Positions 1 through 9,508 of a stretch of 64,000 nt of DNA are shown here, one piece after another. The notes under the pieces were generated by a model. It worked only from the letters and a program-made list of their open reading frames with translations, ran no database searches and was not told where the DNA came from. Both the position numbers and the translations under genes were made by a program. This DNA comes from an uncultured Actinomycetota bacterium (GTDB lineage: Bacteria; Actinomycetota; UBA4738; HRBIN12): assembly GCA_963724415.1 (NCBI GenBank), contig CAVRUS010000007.1:61888-125887 (forward strand), read 5' to 3'. Numbering within the stretch: position 1 is the stretch's first letter; each line of letters opens with the position of its first letter.

Positions 1-103
1 GCGGCTCGTCCTCTTCGGTTTGCCCGAACGCCGACCCAGCCAACGCGGCCACCACCACGGTCGACAGCGCGAGTACGAGAATCCCTCGCCCTGGTCCCTT
101 CAT
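1..103 (-). CDS. Partial secreted protein (N-terminal signal peptide; runs off window edge)
   Basis: ATG at 103 after GAAGGGGG SD; translation MKGPGRGILVLALSTVVVAALAGSAFGQTEEDEP has the shape of a Sec signal peptide. Confidence 0.6.
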   Translation of the reverse strand, partial: MKGPGRGILVLALSTVVVAALAGSAFGQTEEDEP

Positions 104-208
104 CGCTGCCCCCTTCCGAAGCACCCTTCCTTCGTTCTGCGCATGAATATCAACGCAGTCGACCTCACGTCGCCCGTCGTGACCGAGTCGCCCTTTGAAC
201 GCCCAGTC

Positions 209-230
209 AGTCAGAGGGTCTGTATAGCAT
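209..230 (+). promoter_or_regulatory. Putative promoter for serA operon (-10 TAGCAT at 225-230)
   Basis: AGTCAG-N10-TAGCAT immediately before a structured leader. Confidence 0.45.
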
Positions 231-234
231 CGGT

Positions 235-330
235 GGCCCGAGAGCGCTAGGCAGGGCATGGTTCCCTCGGGTCAACCGACTACCCGGTTCGGGGGACACG
301 AGGGCTCCGAAGACCTGCCTCGCTTGGGTC
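235..330 (+). ncRNA. Candidate structured 5' leader RNA of serA operon
   Basis: Nested stems 235-242/323-330, 249-255/314-320, 264-269/299-304, 274-278/285-289. Confidence 0.4.
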
Positions 331-372
331 TCGCTTGTGCCACGTCTGCCCGTTCTGCTTAGCTCCGAAGGG

Positions 373-1591
373 ATGCGAGTCCTATTCGCCGACGCGATCG
401 ACCCCTCCACCGTGGACGCGCTCACGGAGCGCGGGCACGAGTGCGTCTCGGAACCGGCTCTCACGAGCGACGATCTCCCGGGCCGGATCGGGGGGTTCCA
501 GGCGCTCGTCGTTCGGAGCACGAAGGTGACAGCTGCAGGCCGTGGAGGCGGCGGACGCACTGGAGCTGATCGTGCGGGCCGGCGCGGGTACCAACACGAT
601 CGACGTCCAGGCCGCGTCCGAGGTCGGGATCTACGTCACGAACGTCCCCGGTCGCAACGCGATCGCCGTCGCCGAGCTCACGATGGGGCTCCTGCTGGCG
701 ATCGACCGGCGGATCCCCGACAACGTCGCGGATCTGCGGGCCGGCACGTGGAACAAGGCCACCTACGGGAAAGCCGATGGCGTGTTCGGGAAGGCCATGG
801 GGATCGTCGGGCTCGGCGAGATCGGGTTCGCGGTGGCCGAACGCGCTCGCGCGTTCGGCATGACCGTCCTCGCGATCCGGAAGGATCGCGATGACGCCGC
901 CGAGGAGCGGATCCATGCCCTGGGCATCGAGCTCGTCGACTCGCTCGACGAGCTCGTGGCCACGTCGGACGTCGTCTCCGTGCACGTGCCCGCCGCTCCG
1001 GAGACGGAGTCGATGTTCGACGCCCGGGTGCTCGGGCTGATGCGGGAAGGCTCGATCCTGCTGAACACGTCGCGCGGGAACGTCATCGACGAGAGCGCGC
1101 TCCTCGATGCGCTCGAGGATCGCGGGCTCCGCGCGGGTCTGGACGTGTATCCCGGTGAGCCCGGATCCGGGTCGACCGAGTGGTCGTCGCCGCTCGCGCA
1201 ACATCCCCGCGTCGTCGGGACGCACCACATCGGCGCGTCGACCACCCAGGCGCAGAAAGCGGTGGCCGACGGGGTCGTGGAGATCATCGAGGCCTACGGG
1301 CGGGGCGAGATCTTGAACTGCGTGAACCTCGCGCCGACCCGCCTCGGGACGCACACCCTGCACGTGCGCCACTTCGATCGCGTGGGCGTGCTCGCAGGTG
1401 TGTTCGACATCCTCCGGCGGCGCGATCTCAACGTCGAGCAGATGGAGAACCGGGTCTTCGAAGGTCGGAACGCGGCCGTGGCCACGATCGACGTCGTGGG
1501 CGACGTCGGTCCCGACCTGATCGAGGCGCTCTCGACGCTCGACGACGTGATCCACGTGTCGGCGGTGCCCACGGAGCGTCGTCCGACGTGA
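373..1591 (+). CDS. serA: D-3-phosphoglycerate dehydrogenase family with C-terminal ACT-like domain (frameshift ~536-541)
   Basis: N-terminus MRVLFADAID...LVVRSTKVT in one frame continues as LIVRAGAGTNTID, GIVGLGEIG, NTSRG, HHIGAST in the next; adjacent to serC. Confidence 0.8.
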
Positions 1592-2667
1592 GGGTCCACA
1601 ACTTCGGCGCCGGTCCCTGCACGCTCCCGCTCGACGTGCTCGAGGAGGTGCAGGCCGAGTTCCTCGACTTCCGCGGTTCCGGGATGTCCGTGATCGAGAT
1701 GAGCCATCGGAGCGCGGAGTACGAAGCCGTGCACGAAGAGGCGCTCGCGCTCTTCCGCGAGAACGCGCTCGTGCCCGACGACTTCCGCATCCTCTTCCTC
1801 CAGGGCGGGGCGACGCTCGCATTCGCCATCGTGCCGATGAACCTGCTCGTGGAGGGTTCGCGCGCCGGGTACGTCCGTTCCGGGACGTGGGGCAAGGGTG
1901 CCCTGAAGGACGCGGCGGCGTGGGGAGACGCGTACGCCGCGTGGGACGGGGAGCCGCTGTCGTTCACGCGGATGCCCTCGGACGAGGAGCTGGAGATCCG
2001 GCCGGACACCCGCTACCTGCATGTGACCTCCAACGAGACGATCGAGGGGATCCGGATGTCCACCTTCCCCGACATCGACCTCCCGCTCGTGGGAGACATG
2101 TCGTCGGACTACCTGAGCCGCCCGGTCCCGTGGGAGCGGTTCGATCTCGTGTACGGCGGGGCACAGAAGAACCTCGGACCCGCCGGCCTCGCGGTGCTCG
2201 TGGTGCGCAGCTCGCTCCTCGAGGAGATCCAGCCGGGGCTCCCCAGCTACCTGCGCCTCGACACACACGCCGGCAAGAACAGCCTCATGAACACCCCGCC
2301 GATGTTCGCGATCTACGTCACCGGGAAGGTGCTCCGATGGATGCGGGAGCACGGCGGCGTCGTCGGGATGCAGGAGCGTGCGGCGCGGCGGTCGGGCGCC
2401 GTCTACGACGCGATCGGGGCGAGCGGTGGCTTCTACCGCTCGCCGGTCGATCCGGCCGATCGTTCGCACATGAACGTCGTGTTCCGAACGCCGTCCGACG
2501 ACCTCGATGCCGCCTTCCTCGCAGGTGCCTCGGAACAGGGCTTGCGCAACCTCAAGGGACATCGCAGCGTCGGCGGGATCCGGGCCAGCATCTACAACGC
2601 GATGACCGACGAAGGCGTCGACGCCTTGGTCGGGTTCATGTCGTCGTTCCGAGACACCGCGGGATGA
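1588..2667 (+). CDS. serC: Phosphoserine aminotransferase
   Basis: HNFGAGP, EMSHRS, FLQGGA, GAQKNLGPAG, NTPP, GHRSVGGIRASIYNA motifs; GTGA overlap with serA. Confidence 0.95.
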   Translation: MRVHNFGAGPCTLPLDVLEEVQAEFLDFRGSGMSVIEMSHRSAEYEAVHEEALALFRENALVPDDFRILFLQGGATLAFAIVPMNLLVEGSRAGYVRSGTWGKGALKDAAAWGDAYAAWDGEPLSFTRMPSDEELEIRPDTRYLHVTSNETIEGIRMSTFPDIDLPLVGDMSSDYLSRPVPWERFDLVYGGAQKNLGPAGLAVLVVRSSLLEEIQPGLPSYLRLDTHAGKNSLMNTPPMFAIYVTGKVLRWMREHGGVVGMQERAARRSGAVYDAIGASGGFYRSPVDPADRSHMNVVFRTPSDDLDAAFLAGASEQGLRNLKGHRSVGGIRASIYNAMTDEGVDALVGFMSSFRDTAG

Positions 2668-3896
2668 GCACGCTCGTTCCCTTCCCCGCCCGGATCGTCC
2701 GATCCGAATGGGCGGAGCACGTCGTGTCGCCGATGCACGATGCCCTCTCGCGCGAGGAGCGAGCGGAGATCCTCGCGGAGCGTCCGTACGCGTGGCTGCA
2801 CGTGGCCAGGACGCCGGAGGACGCGCCGGACGGCCAGGAGGTCGATCCGGACACGCTGGACGAGGCGAACGTCGCGGCGCTCCGGAGGCTGCTCGACGCC
2901 AACCTCTTCGAGGTGTTCCCCGAGCCGGGGCTGTACGTGTACCGACTCCGTTCGCCGGATCACGAGCAGACCGGCATCGTCGGCGAGGTGCCCCCGCAGG
3001 CGTTCCTCGACGGACGGATCCTCGGGCATGAAGGTGTGCAACCCGAACGCGTGGACGCGCTCGGGTTGCACCTCGCACGCCTCGGGGCTCGCTCGACGCT
3101 GGTAGCGCTGATGTTCCGCGCCGACGACGACGTGCGGAAGCTCGTGGCGGCGACGACCGAGGCGGCGCCGCTCCGACGGTTCCGCTCCGGCGATCTCGAG
3201 CAGACGGTCTGGCGGATCGACGATCGGGACGCGGTCGAGAGGATCCGGGAGCGCTTCGACCACCGATCCCTCTACATCACGGACGGGCATCACCGCGCGA
3301 TGGCATCTGTGGACCTCTGGGAGCAGGCCGGTCGCCCGGACGGGATGGGCGTTCCCGCCGTGCTGTTCCCCGACGAGCAGTTGCGGATGTTGGGGTTCCA
3401 CCGCCGCGTCGTCGGGCCGCTCCCGATGAGCGTGGACGAGCTCCTGTCCCGGCTCCGCGAGCGCGTGACTGTGGAGGAGGTGAGCGTCCAGCCTGCCGAG
3501 CGGGGCGTCTTCGGTCTCTACGTCGACGGCCGTTGGTATCGGCTCGCGCCCCGAGCGCACGAGGCCGCGGCCGGCGTGGAGTCGCTGGATGTCTCGCGGC
3601 TCCATCGGATCGTGATGGAGCCGATCTTCGGCTTCGGCGAGGCCGGCGACCCCGGCCTCGAGTTCGTCTCGGATGCCGTCCCGGTCGACGAGCTGACGAA
3701 GCGTGTGGACGAAGACGGAGGCGCAGCGTTCACGCTGATGCCGCCGACCTTCGACCAGTTCGTCGAGGTCGCCGATCGGAACGAGCAGATGCCGGCGAAG
3801 GCGACCTACTTCGACCCGAAGCCTCAGTCGGGCTTGTTCCTCCGGATCGAAGCGGACGAGGAGGACCTCACGCCGGGTGGGTCACCCGGGACGTAG
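2664..3896 (+). CDS. DUF1015 family protein
   Basis: LYITDGHHR and MPAKATYFDPKPQSGL motifs; usual serC/serA neighbour; ATGA overlap. Confidence 0.85.
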   Translation: MSTLVPFPARIVRSEWAEHVVSPMHDALSREERAEILAERPYAWLHVARTPEDAPDGQEVDPDTLDEANVAALRRLLDANLFEVFPEPGLYVYRLRSPDHEQTGIVGEVPPQAFLDGRILGHEGVQPERVDALGLHLARLGARSTLVALMFRADDDVRKLVAATTEAAPLRRFRSGDLEQTVWRIDDRDAVERIRERFDHRSLYITDGHHRAMASVDLWEQAGRPDGMGVPAVLFPDEQLRMLGFHRRVVGPLPMSVDELLSRLRERVTVEEVSVQPAERGVFGLYVDGRWYRLAPRAHEAAAGVESLDVSRLHRIVMEPIFGFGEAGDPGLEFVSDAVPVDELTKRVDEDGGAAFTLMPPTFDQFVEVADRNEQMPAKATYFDPKPQSGLFLRIEADEEDLTPGGSPGT

Positions 3897-4674
3897 CCTC
3901 GACCGGAGCACCGGCTGGCCGTTCGCGCGCGAGCCGGACGAGTCCGTCGAACAAGGCCTGCTGCGCCGGGTCCTGCTCGGCCGTCTCCTCCGGGTGCCAT
4001 TGCACGCCCAGCATCCACGGCGACCCGCGCTCTTCGAGGTCGGTCGTCGTCCGCTCGATCGACTCGATCAGCCCGTCCTCGGTCCGGCCCGTCACGACCA
4101 GGCCGTCCCCCAGGCGGTCGATCCCTTGATGATGATGGGAGAGGCTGGCGAGCGACGCCGACTTCGTGACGGCGGCGAGGCGGCTCCCCGGTTCGGGAGT
4201 GACCTCGTGGATCGTCTGGGTCTCGTCGAGCGGCACACCGTGCACTTGTAAGCCCGGGACGTCGGGGAGGTGTCCAGACAGGGTGCCTCCGAACGCGACG
4301 TTCATGATCTGGATCCCGCGGCAGATACAGAGCGTCGGCATCGCGATCCGATCGGCGGCGTGCAGCAGCGCGATCTCGACTTCGTCGCGGTCCGGCTCGA
4401 CGCCGTAGACGTGCTCGTTCCCGGCCCCGCCGTATCGCGCCGGGTCGATGTCGCCGCCGCCGACGAGCAGGAGGCCGTCGAACGGCTCAAGGAGCTCCTC
4501 CGGATCGCCCTCCTCACCGGGCGCGAGGATCACCGTCCGAGCGCCGGCGCGGCGTAGCGCGTCGAGGTACAAGCTCGGGACGCCGTACCCGCCCTCCGGC
4601 CACCGGGCGACGCGGTCGCCGCCCAGGTGGTACGCCACCACGGCGATCAGGGGTCGGTAGCGCTCTTCGGTCAC
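3868..4674 (-). CDS. Gamma-glutamyl-gamma-aminobutyrate hydrolase family (peptidase C26)
   Basis: DGLLLVGGGDIDP, CICRGIQ, HHQG, GVQWHPE; GTG start 7 nt after -10 TACACT. Confidence 0.88.
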   Translation of the reverse strand: MTEERYRPLIAVVAYHLGGDRVARWPEGGYGVPSLYLDALRRAGARTVILAPGEEGDPEELLEPFDGLLLVGGGDIDPARYGGAGNEHVYGVEPDRDEVEIALLHAADRIAMPTLCICRGIQIMNVAFGGTLSGHLPDVPGLQVHGVPLDETQTIHEVTPEPGSRLAAVTKSASLASLSHHHQGIDRLGDGLVVTGRTEDGLIESIERTTTDLEERGSPWMLGVQWHPEETAEQDPAQQALFDGLVRLARERPAGAPVEATSRVTHPA

Positions 4675-4705
4675 AGGGTCGAGTGTAGCGAGGGGCTTTC
4701 GCGGC

Positions 4706-5422
4706 CTACGCGCCGGCGGCGAGGTTCGTGAAGCGCTCGAAGACCTCACGCCCTCGGCTCTCGTGCGCGGTCATGAACCGCTCCGCCTCCTGACGGACCT
4801 GATCCGGGCTCTTGCCCCATTCCGTTCGGAGATCGCCGACCTTGGTGAACTCCTGGAGCCAGTACTCGAGCTCGGATCGGTTCACCTCGCAATGGAACTG
4901 CGTGCCCCACGCCAGCTCCCCGACGCGGAACGCTTGATTGGGGACTCGATCGCCCGTGGCGAGCAACGTGGCTCCGTCGGGGAGATCGAAGGCGTCCCCG
5001 TGCCACTGGAAGGCCAGGTCGCTGTCCGCGAGGTGCGAGAAGAGGAGATCGTGGGCCGCGTCGTCGGTGGGATGGATCGGTTCGAAGCCGATCTCGCGGA
5101 CCGGTCCCTCGCCGACCTTCGCGTCCAGCGCCCAGGCGAGGAGCTGCCCACCGAAACAGACGCCGAGGAAGGGGATCCGGCGTTCCACGGTCTCGCGGAT
5201 CAGGTCGGCGGTCTCCTTGATGAACGGCTGCTCGTCGGCATGCCCGACGTTGAACGTGGAGCCGAAGACGACGACCCCGCCGATGTCGTCGAGCGACGGT
5301 CGCTCCTCGGATCCGTCGAGCGCGTTCCACACGCGGACCGTCGCACCGGCGGACTCCACGGCCGCGGGCGCGACCCCGAACGTCTCCGATGCATCGCATC
5401 GCACGAAGAGGATGACCGTCAT
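4706..5422 (-). CDS. Type 1 glutamine amidotransferase
   Basis: PFLGVCFGGQLL, FQWHGDAF, GTQFHCE catalytic motifs. Confidence 0.88.
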   Translation of the reverse strand: MTVILFVRCDASETFGVAPAAVESAGATVRVWNALDGSEERPSLDDIGGVVVFGSTFNVGHADEQPFIKETADLIRETVERRIPFLGVCFGGQLLAWALDAKVGEGPVREIGFEPIHPTDDAAHDLLFSHLADSDLAFQWHGDAFDLPDGATLLATGDRVPNQAFRVGELAWGTQFHCEVNRSELEYWLQEFTKVGDLRTEWGKSPDQVRQEAERFMTAHESRGREVFERFTNLAAGA

Positions 5423-5532
5423 CGAGCGGATTCTAGTCCGACCCCATCCGTCATCGAGCGGTTCGCGCGACCGGGCGCCCTCTGGCACACTGCGCAGGCG
5501 CGAACGAGCGAGCGGAGACGAAGGGGGCAGGG

Positions 5533-6354
5533 ATGACGGGGAAGGCGATGCGGCTCAAGCGCGTGATCGACCCGGCGGGCGTGTCCGTGATCTGCGCGCT
5601 CGACCACGGGATGACGTCCCCGACGTTCCTGGAACCGCTCGCGGACATCACGGCACGCGCGGGGGAGACCGTGGCCGGTGGGGCCAACGTCATCATGATG
5701 AGCAAGGGGATGATCACGATCGCCGAACCGGCGTTCTCCCCCACGACATCGCTCGCGTTGCTCCTCTCGGCTTCCGCGACCCCGGACGGGGATCGACCGG
5801 AGATCGTGCAGATCGCCGAGGTCGAGGAGGCGCTGATCCTCGGAGCCGATGCCGTCGTCCTGTTCACGGCGCTCGGCGGCGACACGGAAGCGTCGATGAT
5901 CGAGATCCTCGCGAGGGTCGGACGCGAGTGCGCCGCCCTCGGGATGCCGTTCATCGCCGAGGCGGAGTTCCCCACCACGTACGCGAGCGTCGAGGAGCTG
6001 AAGGATCTCTACGGCTTCGAGTACCTGCGGCGGAACGTGCGCCTGTGTGCCGAGCTCGGTGCCGACATCGTGAAGACGAACTGGCCCGGCGACGCGGACG
6101 GCTTCGCGAAGCTGGTCGAGGCCACGAACGGCATCCCCGTGGTGCTCGCGGGCGGCTCCCGCCTCGAGGACTCCGAACTGCTGACGCGGATGGAGCAAGC
6201 GGTCGCCGCGGGCGCGATCGGCTGCTCGGTCGGCCGGAACATCTTCATGCATCGATCCCCCGAGGCGATCACCCGGGCTCTGTCGCGTGTGATCCGCGAG
6301 CGGTGGAGCGCGGACAAGGCGCTCGCGGGACTCCAGGAGGAGCTGAGCACCTGA
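5533..6354 (+). CDS. Class I aldolase, DhnA/LsrF-like
   Basis: ALDHG, AELGADIVKT (Schiff-base Lys), VVLAGG, GCSVGRNIF. Confidence 0.85.
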   Translation: MTGKAMRLKRVIDPAGVSVICALDHGMTSPTFLEPLADITARAGETVAGGANVIMMSKGMITIAEPAFSPTTSLALLLSASATPDGDRPEIVQIAEVEEALILGADAVVLFTALGGDTEASMIEILARVGRECAALGMPFIAEAEFPTTYASVEELKDLYGFEYLRRNVRLCAELGADIVKTNWPGDADGFAKLVEATNGIPVVLAGGSRLEDSELLTRMEQAVAAGAIGCSVGRNIFMHRSPEAITRALSRVIRERWSADKALAGLQEELST

Positions 6355-7409
6355 TGCGCGCGGCGTTCATGACCGCCGTCAACGAGATCGAGGTACGGGA
6401 GGATGCGGAGGAGCCGTCGCTCGACCCCCGCGGCGCCGTCCTCCGCGTGGAGGCGTGCGGCATCTGCGGCACGGACGCCCGCACGTTCTTCAACGGCGAC
6501 CCGAAGGCTCCCGCGCCCTGGCAGCTCGGTCACGAGCCCGTGGGCGTGCTCGATGAGGTCGGGCCGGAGGCCGATCTCCCGCCCGGCGTCTCGGCCGGCG
6601 ACCGTGTCTTCCTCGGATCGATCCTCACGTGCGGGGAGTGCCGCTGGTGCCTCGAGGGGTTCCAGAACCTGTGCGAAGACCATCTGCTCTACGGGTACGA
6701 CCCGTTCCCGGGCGCCTACGCCGAGCGGGCGGGCGTCCCGCCGATCGCGATGAAGAACCTGATCCCGCTGCCGCCCGAGCTGCCGAGCGATCTGGCGACG
6801 GTGGCCGATCCGTTCGCGTGCGCGCTGAACGGGATCGAGCAGCTCGACGTCCGGCTCGGGGACACGGTCGTGATCCTCGGGACCGGACCGATCGGATGCT
6901 GGCAGGCGATGATGGCGCGCGACCGCGGGGCCTCGAAGGTCTACCTCACCGATGTCTCCGCGGATCGGCTCGAGATCGCGCTCGACGCGATCGGCCACGC
7001 CGTGGACGACGCCTGGGTCTCCGGCGAGGACAACGGGGTCGCGGAGGTCCTGCAGCGGACCGGCGGCGCGGGCGCGGAGCGCATCAGCGTCGCGGCGCCT
7101 GCCAAGCCAGCCCAGCAAGCGGCCCTCGAGATGGCGGCCAAGCGAGCCGTCGTCGTGTACTTCGCCGGCCTCCCCAAGCACGATCCGGTGAGTCCCCTCG
7201 ACATGAACGAGCTCCACTACAAGGAGCTGTCCGTGCGAGGTGCCTACGGGGCCACGCACCGCCAGTACACGATCACGATGGACTACCTGGCCCGCAAGCA
7301 GGACGAGCTCGCGAAAGTCGTCACGCATCGATGGCCGCTCGAGAAGATCGCCGAGGCGTTCGAGACGATCCGCGCCGGCACCGGGCTGAAGATGGTCGTC
7401 ATGCCGTGA
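6354..7409 (+). CDS. Zn-dependent polyol/alcohol dehydrogenase
   Basis: CGICGTD, GHE, CGECRWC..C, GTGPIG; TGATG overlap with aldolase. Confidence 0.9.
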   Translation: MRAAFMTAVNEIEVREDAEEPSLDPRGAVLRVEACGICGTDARTFFNGDPKAPAPWQLGHEPVGVLDEVGPEADLPPGVSAGDRVFLGSILTCGECRWCLEGFQNLCEDHLLYGYDPFPGAYAERAGVPPIAMKNLIPLPPELPSDLATVADPFACALNGIEQLDVRLGDTVVILGTGPIGCWQAMMARDRGASKVYLTDVSADRLEIALDAIGHAVDDAWVSGEDNGVAEVLQRTGGAGAERISVAAPAKPAQQAALEMAAKRAVVVYFAGLPKHDPVSPLDMNELHYKELSVRGAYGATHRQYTITMDYLARKQDELAKVVTHRWPLEKIAEAFETIRAGTGLKMVVMP

Positions 7410-8926
7410 GCGGTCCGTACGTGATCGGCTGCGACGTCGGCAGCCAGGGCACGAACGCCGCGTTGTACGGGGCCGACGGGGAGCTGGTCGCCTCCGCGTA
7501 CGAGGCGTACGACCTCGCGTTCCCGCATCCGGGATGGGCGGAGCAGGATCCCGACCTGTGGACGGCAGCCGTGGAGACGGCGTGCCGGAAGCTGGTCGCC
7601 GAGTGCCCGGGTGGAGCGACCGCGATCCGCGGGCTCTCGTTCGGCTCGCAGCTCGACGGCATGGTCGTCTGCGACGCCGCGGGGCACCGCCTGCGCCCCG
7701 CACTGATCTGGATGGACCGCCGAGCCGAGGCGCAAGCGGGGGCCCTCGCCGAACGGATCGCGCCCCGCGACTTCTACCGTGCCGTGGGCGCGAACCTGGA
7801 CTCGTCCCACGCGGTGTTCAAGGCGCTGTGGGTCCGCGACGAGGAACCGGAGCTGTGGGGACAGGCTGCGCATCTGATGTCCCCGGGCACCTACGTCCTC
7901 CGCCATGCGACCGGTGTCACCGCGGTCGATCCGTCGAACGCGTCCTCGATGGCGCTGCTCGATCCGAGGACGAAGACCTGGTCGCCCGAGGTGTTGGACG
8001 CGACGGGGATCGATCCCGCGATGCTCCCCGAGCTCGGGGACGCCACGAAGGCCGTGGGGACCGTCACCTCAAGTTTCGCGGAGGCGAGCGGGCTCGCTCC
8101 CGAGACGGTGGTCGCGATCGGCTGTGGCGACGAGATGGCCGCGACGCTGGGCGCCGGCGTCTTCGAGCCCGGCGAGGTGTGCGACGTCGTGGGAACGGCG
8201 GAGCCGGTCTGTGCCGCGAGCGCCGAGCCGCGCGAGGACCCGACGATGCTCGTCGAGTGTCATCCCCACGCGGACCCCGACGCGTGGCTCCTCGAGAACC
8301 CCGGGTTCGTCTCGGGAGGCAACCTCCGGTGGTGGCGCGACCAGTTCGCGCCCGAGGAGCGCCGCAACGAGGAGCAGGGGCTGGGGGACGCCTACGACCA
8401 GCTCAGCGAGGAGGCGTCACGGATCGCGCCCGGGAGCGACGGCGTCGTCTTCCTCCCGGCGATGCAGGGAGCGATGGCACCCGAATGGAACGGCGCGGCG
8501 CGCGGCGTCTTCTACGGGCTCACGCTCGCACACACCCGCGACCACATGACGCGGGCGATCCTCGAGGGGAGCGCGTTCGGTCTCCGCGACATCCTCGAGG
8601 CGATGAAGGACGCGGGACTCGGCGTCCGGCGTCTCACGATCGTCGGGGGCGGCGCGAAGGGACCACTCTGGCGTCAGATCAAGGCGGACGTGACCGGCCT
8701 GCCGGTCCGCGTTCCGGTGAGCGTGGAGACGACGGCGACGGGCGCGGCGATCCTCGCGGCCGTCGGCTCCGGCGTGCACGCGACGGTTTCCGACGCCGTG
8801 AAGTCGTTCGTCTCGTTCCGCCCCGAGGAGCACGATCCCGATCCGAAGGCCCGCGACGCCTACGACGAGGCGTACGCGCGCTACCGCGACGTGTACTTCG
8901 CGATGAAGCCCGTGTTCGGATCTTGA
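7406..8926 (+). CDS. FGGY carbohydrate kinase (xylulokinase-like)
   Basis: IGCDVGSQG, WAEQDP, IWMDRR, GCGD, RAILEG, GGGAK. Confidence 0.9.
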   Translation: MSGPYVIGCDVGSQGTNAALYGADGELVASAYEAYDLAFPHPGWAEQDPDLWTAAVETACRKLVAECPGGATAIRGLSFGSQLDGMVVCDAAGHRLRPALIWMDRRAEAQAGALAERIAPRDFYRAVGANLDSSHAVFKALWVRDEEPELWGQAAHLMSPGTYVLRHATGVTAVDPSNASSMALLDPRTKTWSPEVLDATGIDPAMLPELGDATKAVGTVTSSFAEASGLAPETVVAIGCGDEMAATLGAGVFEPGEVCDVVGTAEPVCAASAEPREDPTMLVECHPHADPDAWLLENPGFVSGGNLRWWRDQFAPEERRNEEQGLGDAYDQLSEEASRIAPGSDGVVFLPAMQGAMAPEWNGAARGVFYGLTLAHTRDHMTRAILEGSAFGLRDILEAMKDAGLGVRRLTIVGGGAKGPLWRQIKADVTGLPVRVPVSVETTATGAAILAAVGSGVHATVSDAVKSFVSFRPEEHDPDPKARDAYDEAYARYRDVYFAMKPVFGS

Positions 8927-8948
8927 ATGCTGGGGGTGGCGACGCCCG

Positions 8949-9425
8949 CTAGAGCAGATCCATGTCTCCCGGTGAGTACCCACGTTCGGTCAGGTGTCGT
9001 GCGAGCTCGCTGCGGTGTTGGGTTCCATGATTCACGATGTGAGCGACGATCATGCTGAGGGTCGCCTCGGTCGTGGTTCCGTCGCTCTTCCACGAGTAGG
9101 TACGGTCGATCTCCTCGCTCGCGAGTCCCTCCACGAACGCCGCGAGACGCCCGGTGTCCTCCGCCCAGAACGACCTGATGCTCGACAGATCCGGGAGCGG
9201 AGGCACTTCCCACTCGTACGGATCGTCGACGTCATTCCCGAGCAGGAACTCTCGCCAGCTGTTGTCCACAACCACCAGGTGACGAAGGGTCTCTGCGACA
9301 CTTCCGTGATCCAGGGCTGCACGTTGCTCGAAGTCCTTCTCGGCAAGCGATGCGATCGTGTCGAGGATCTGCGTGTTCGAACGCGCGTGGTAGCGGATCA
9401 ACTCCGCAAGATGCGATCGCATCAC
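8949..9425 (-). CDS. DinB family protein
   Basis: SVAETLRHL and HIVNHGTQHRSE metal-binding His motifs, C-terminal DLL. Confidence 0.85.
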   Translation of the reverse strand: MMRSHLAELIRYHARSNTQILDTIASLAEKDFEQRAALDHGSVAETLRHLVVVDNSWREFLLGNDVDDPYEWEVPPLPDLSSIRSFWAEDTGRLAAFVEGLASEEIDRTYSWKSDGTTTEATLSMIVAHIVNHGTQHRSELARHLTERGYSPGDMDLL

Positions 9426-9508
9426 CCGGCGAGTCTAGCCACGTGGCCGATCATGGAAGATGCATCAGTCGTCCAGCTCCTGCTGGATCTGTTCCCGATG
9501 CGTCGCGG

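Noticed and set aside
235-330. Cobalamin or glycine riboswitch call for the serA leader
   Set aside because: AGACCTGCC and GGTTCCC resemble cobalamin-riboswitch ends, but the GGGAA and GCCACTG core is absent; the glycine aptamer CUCUCAGG motif is also absent
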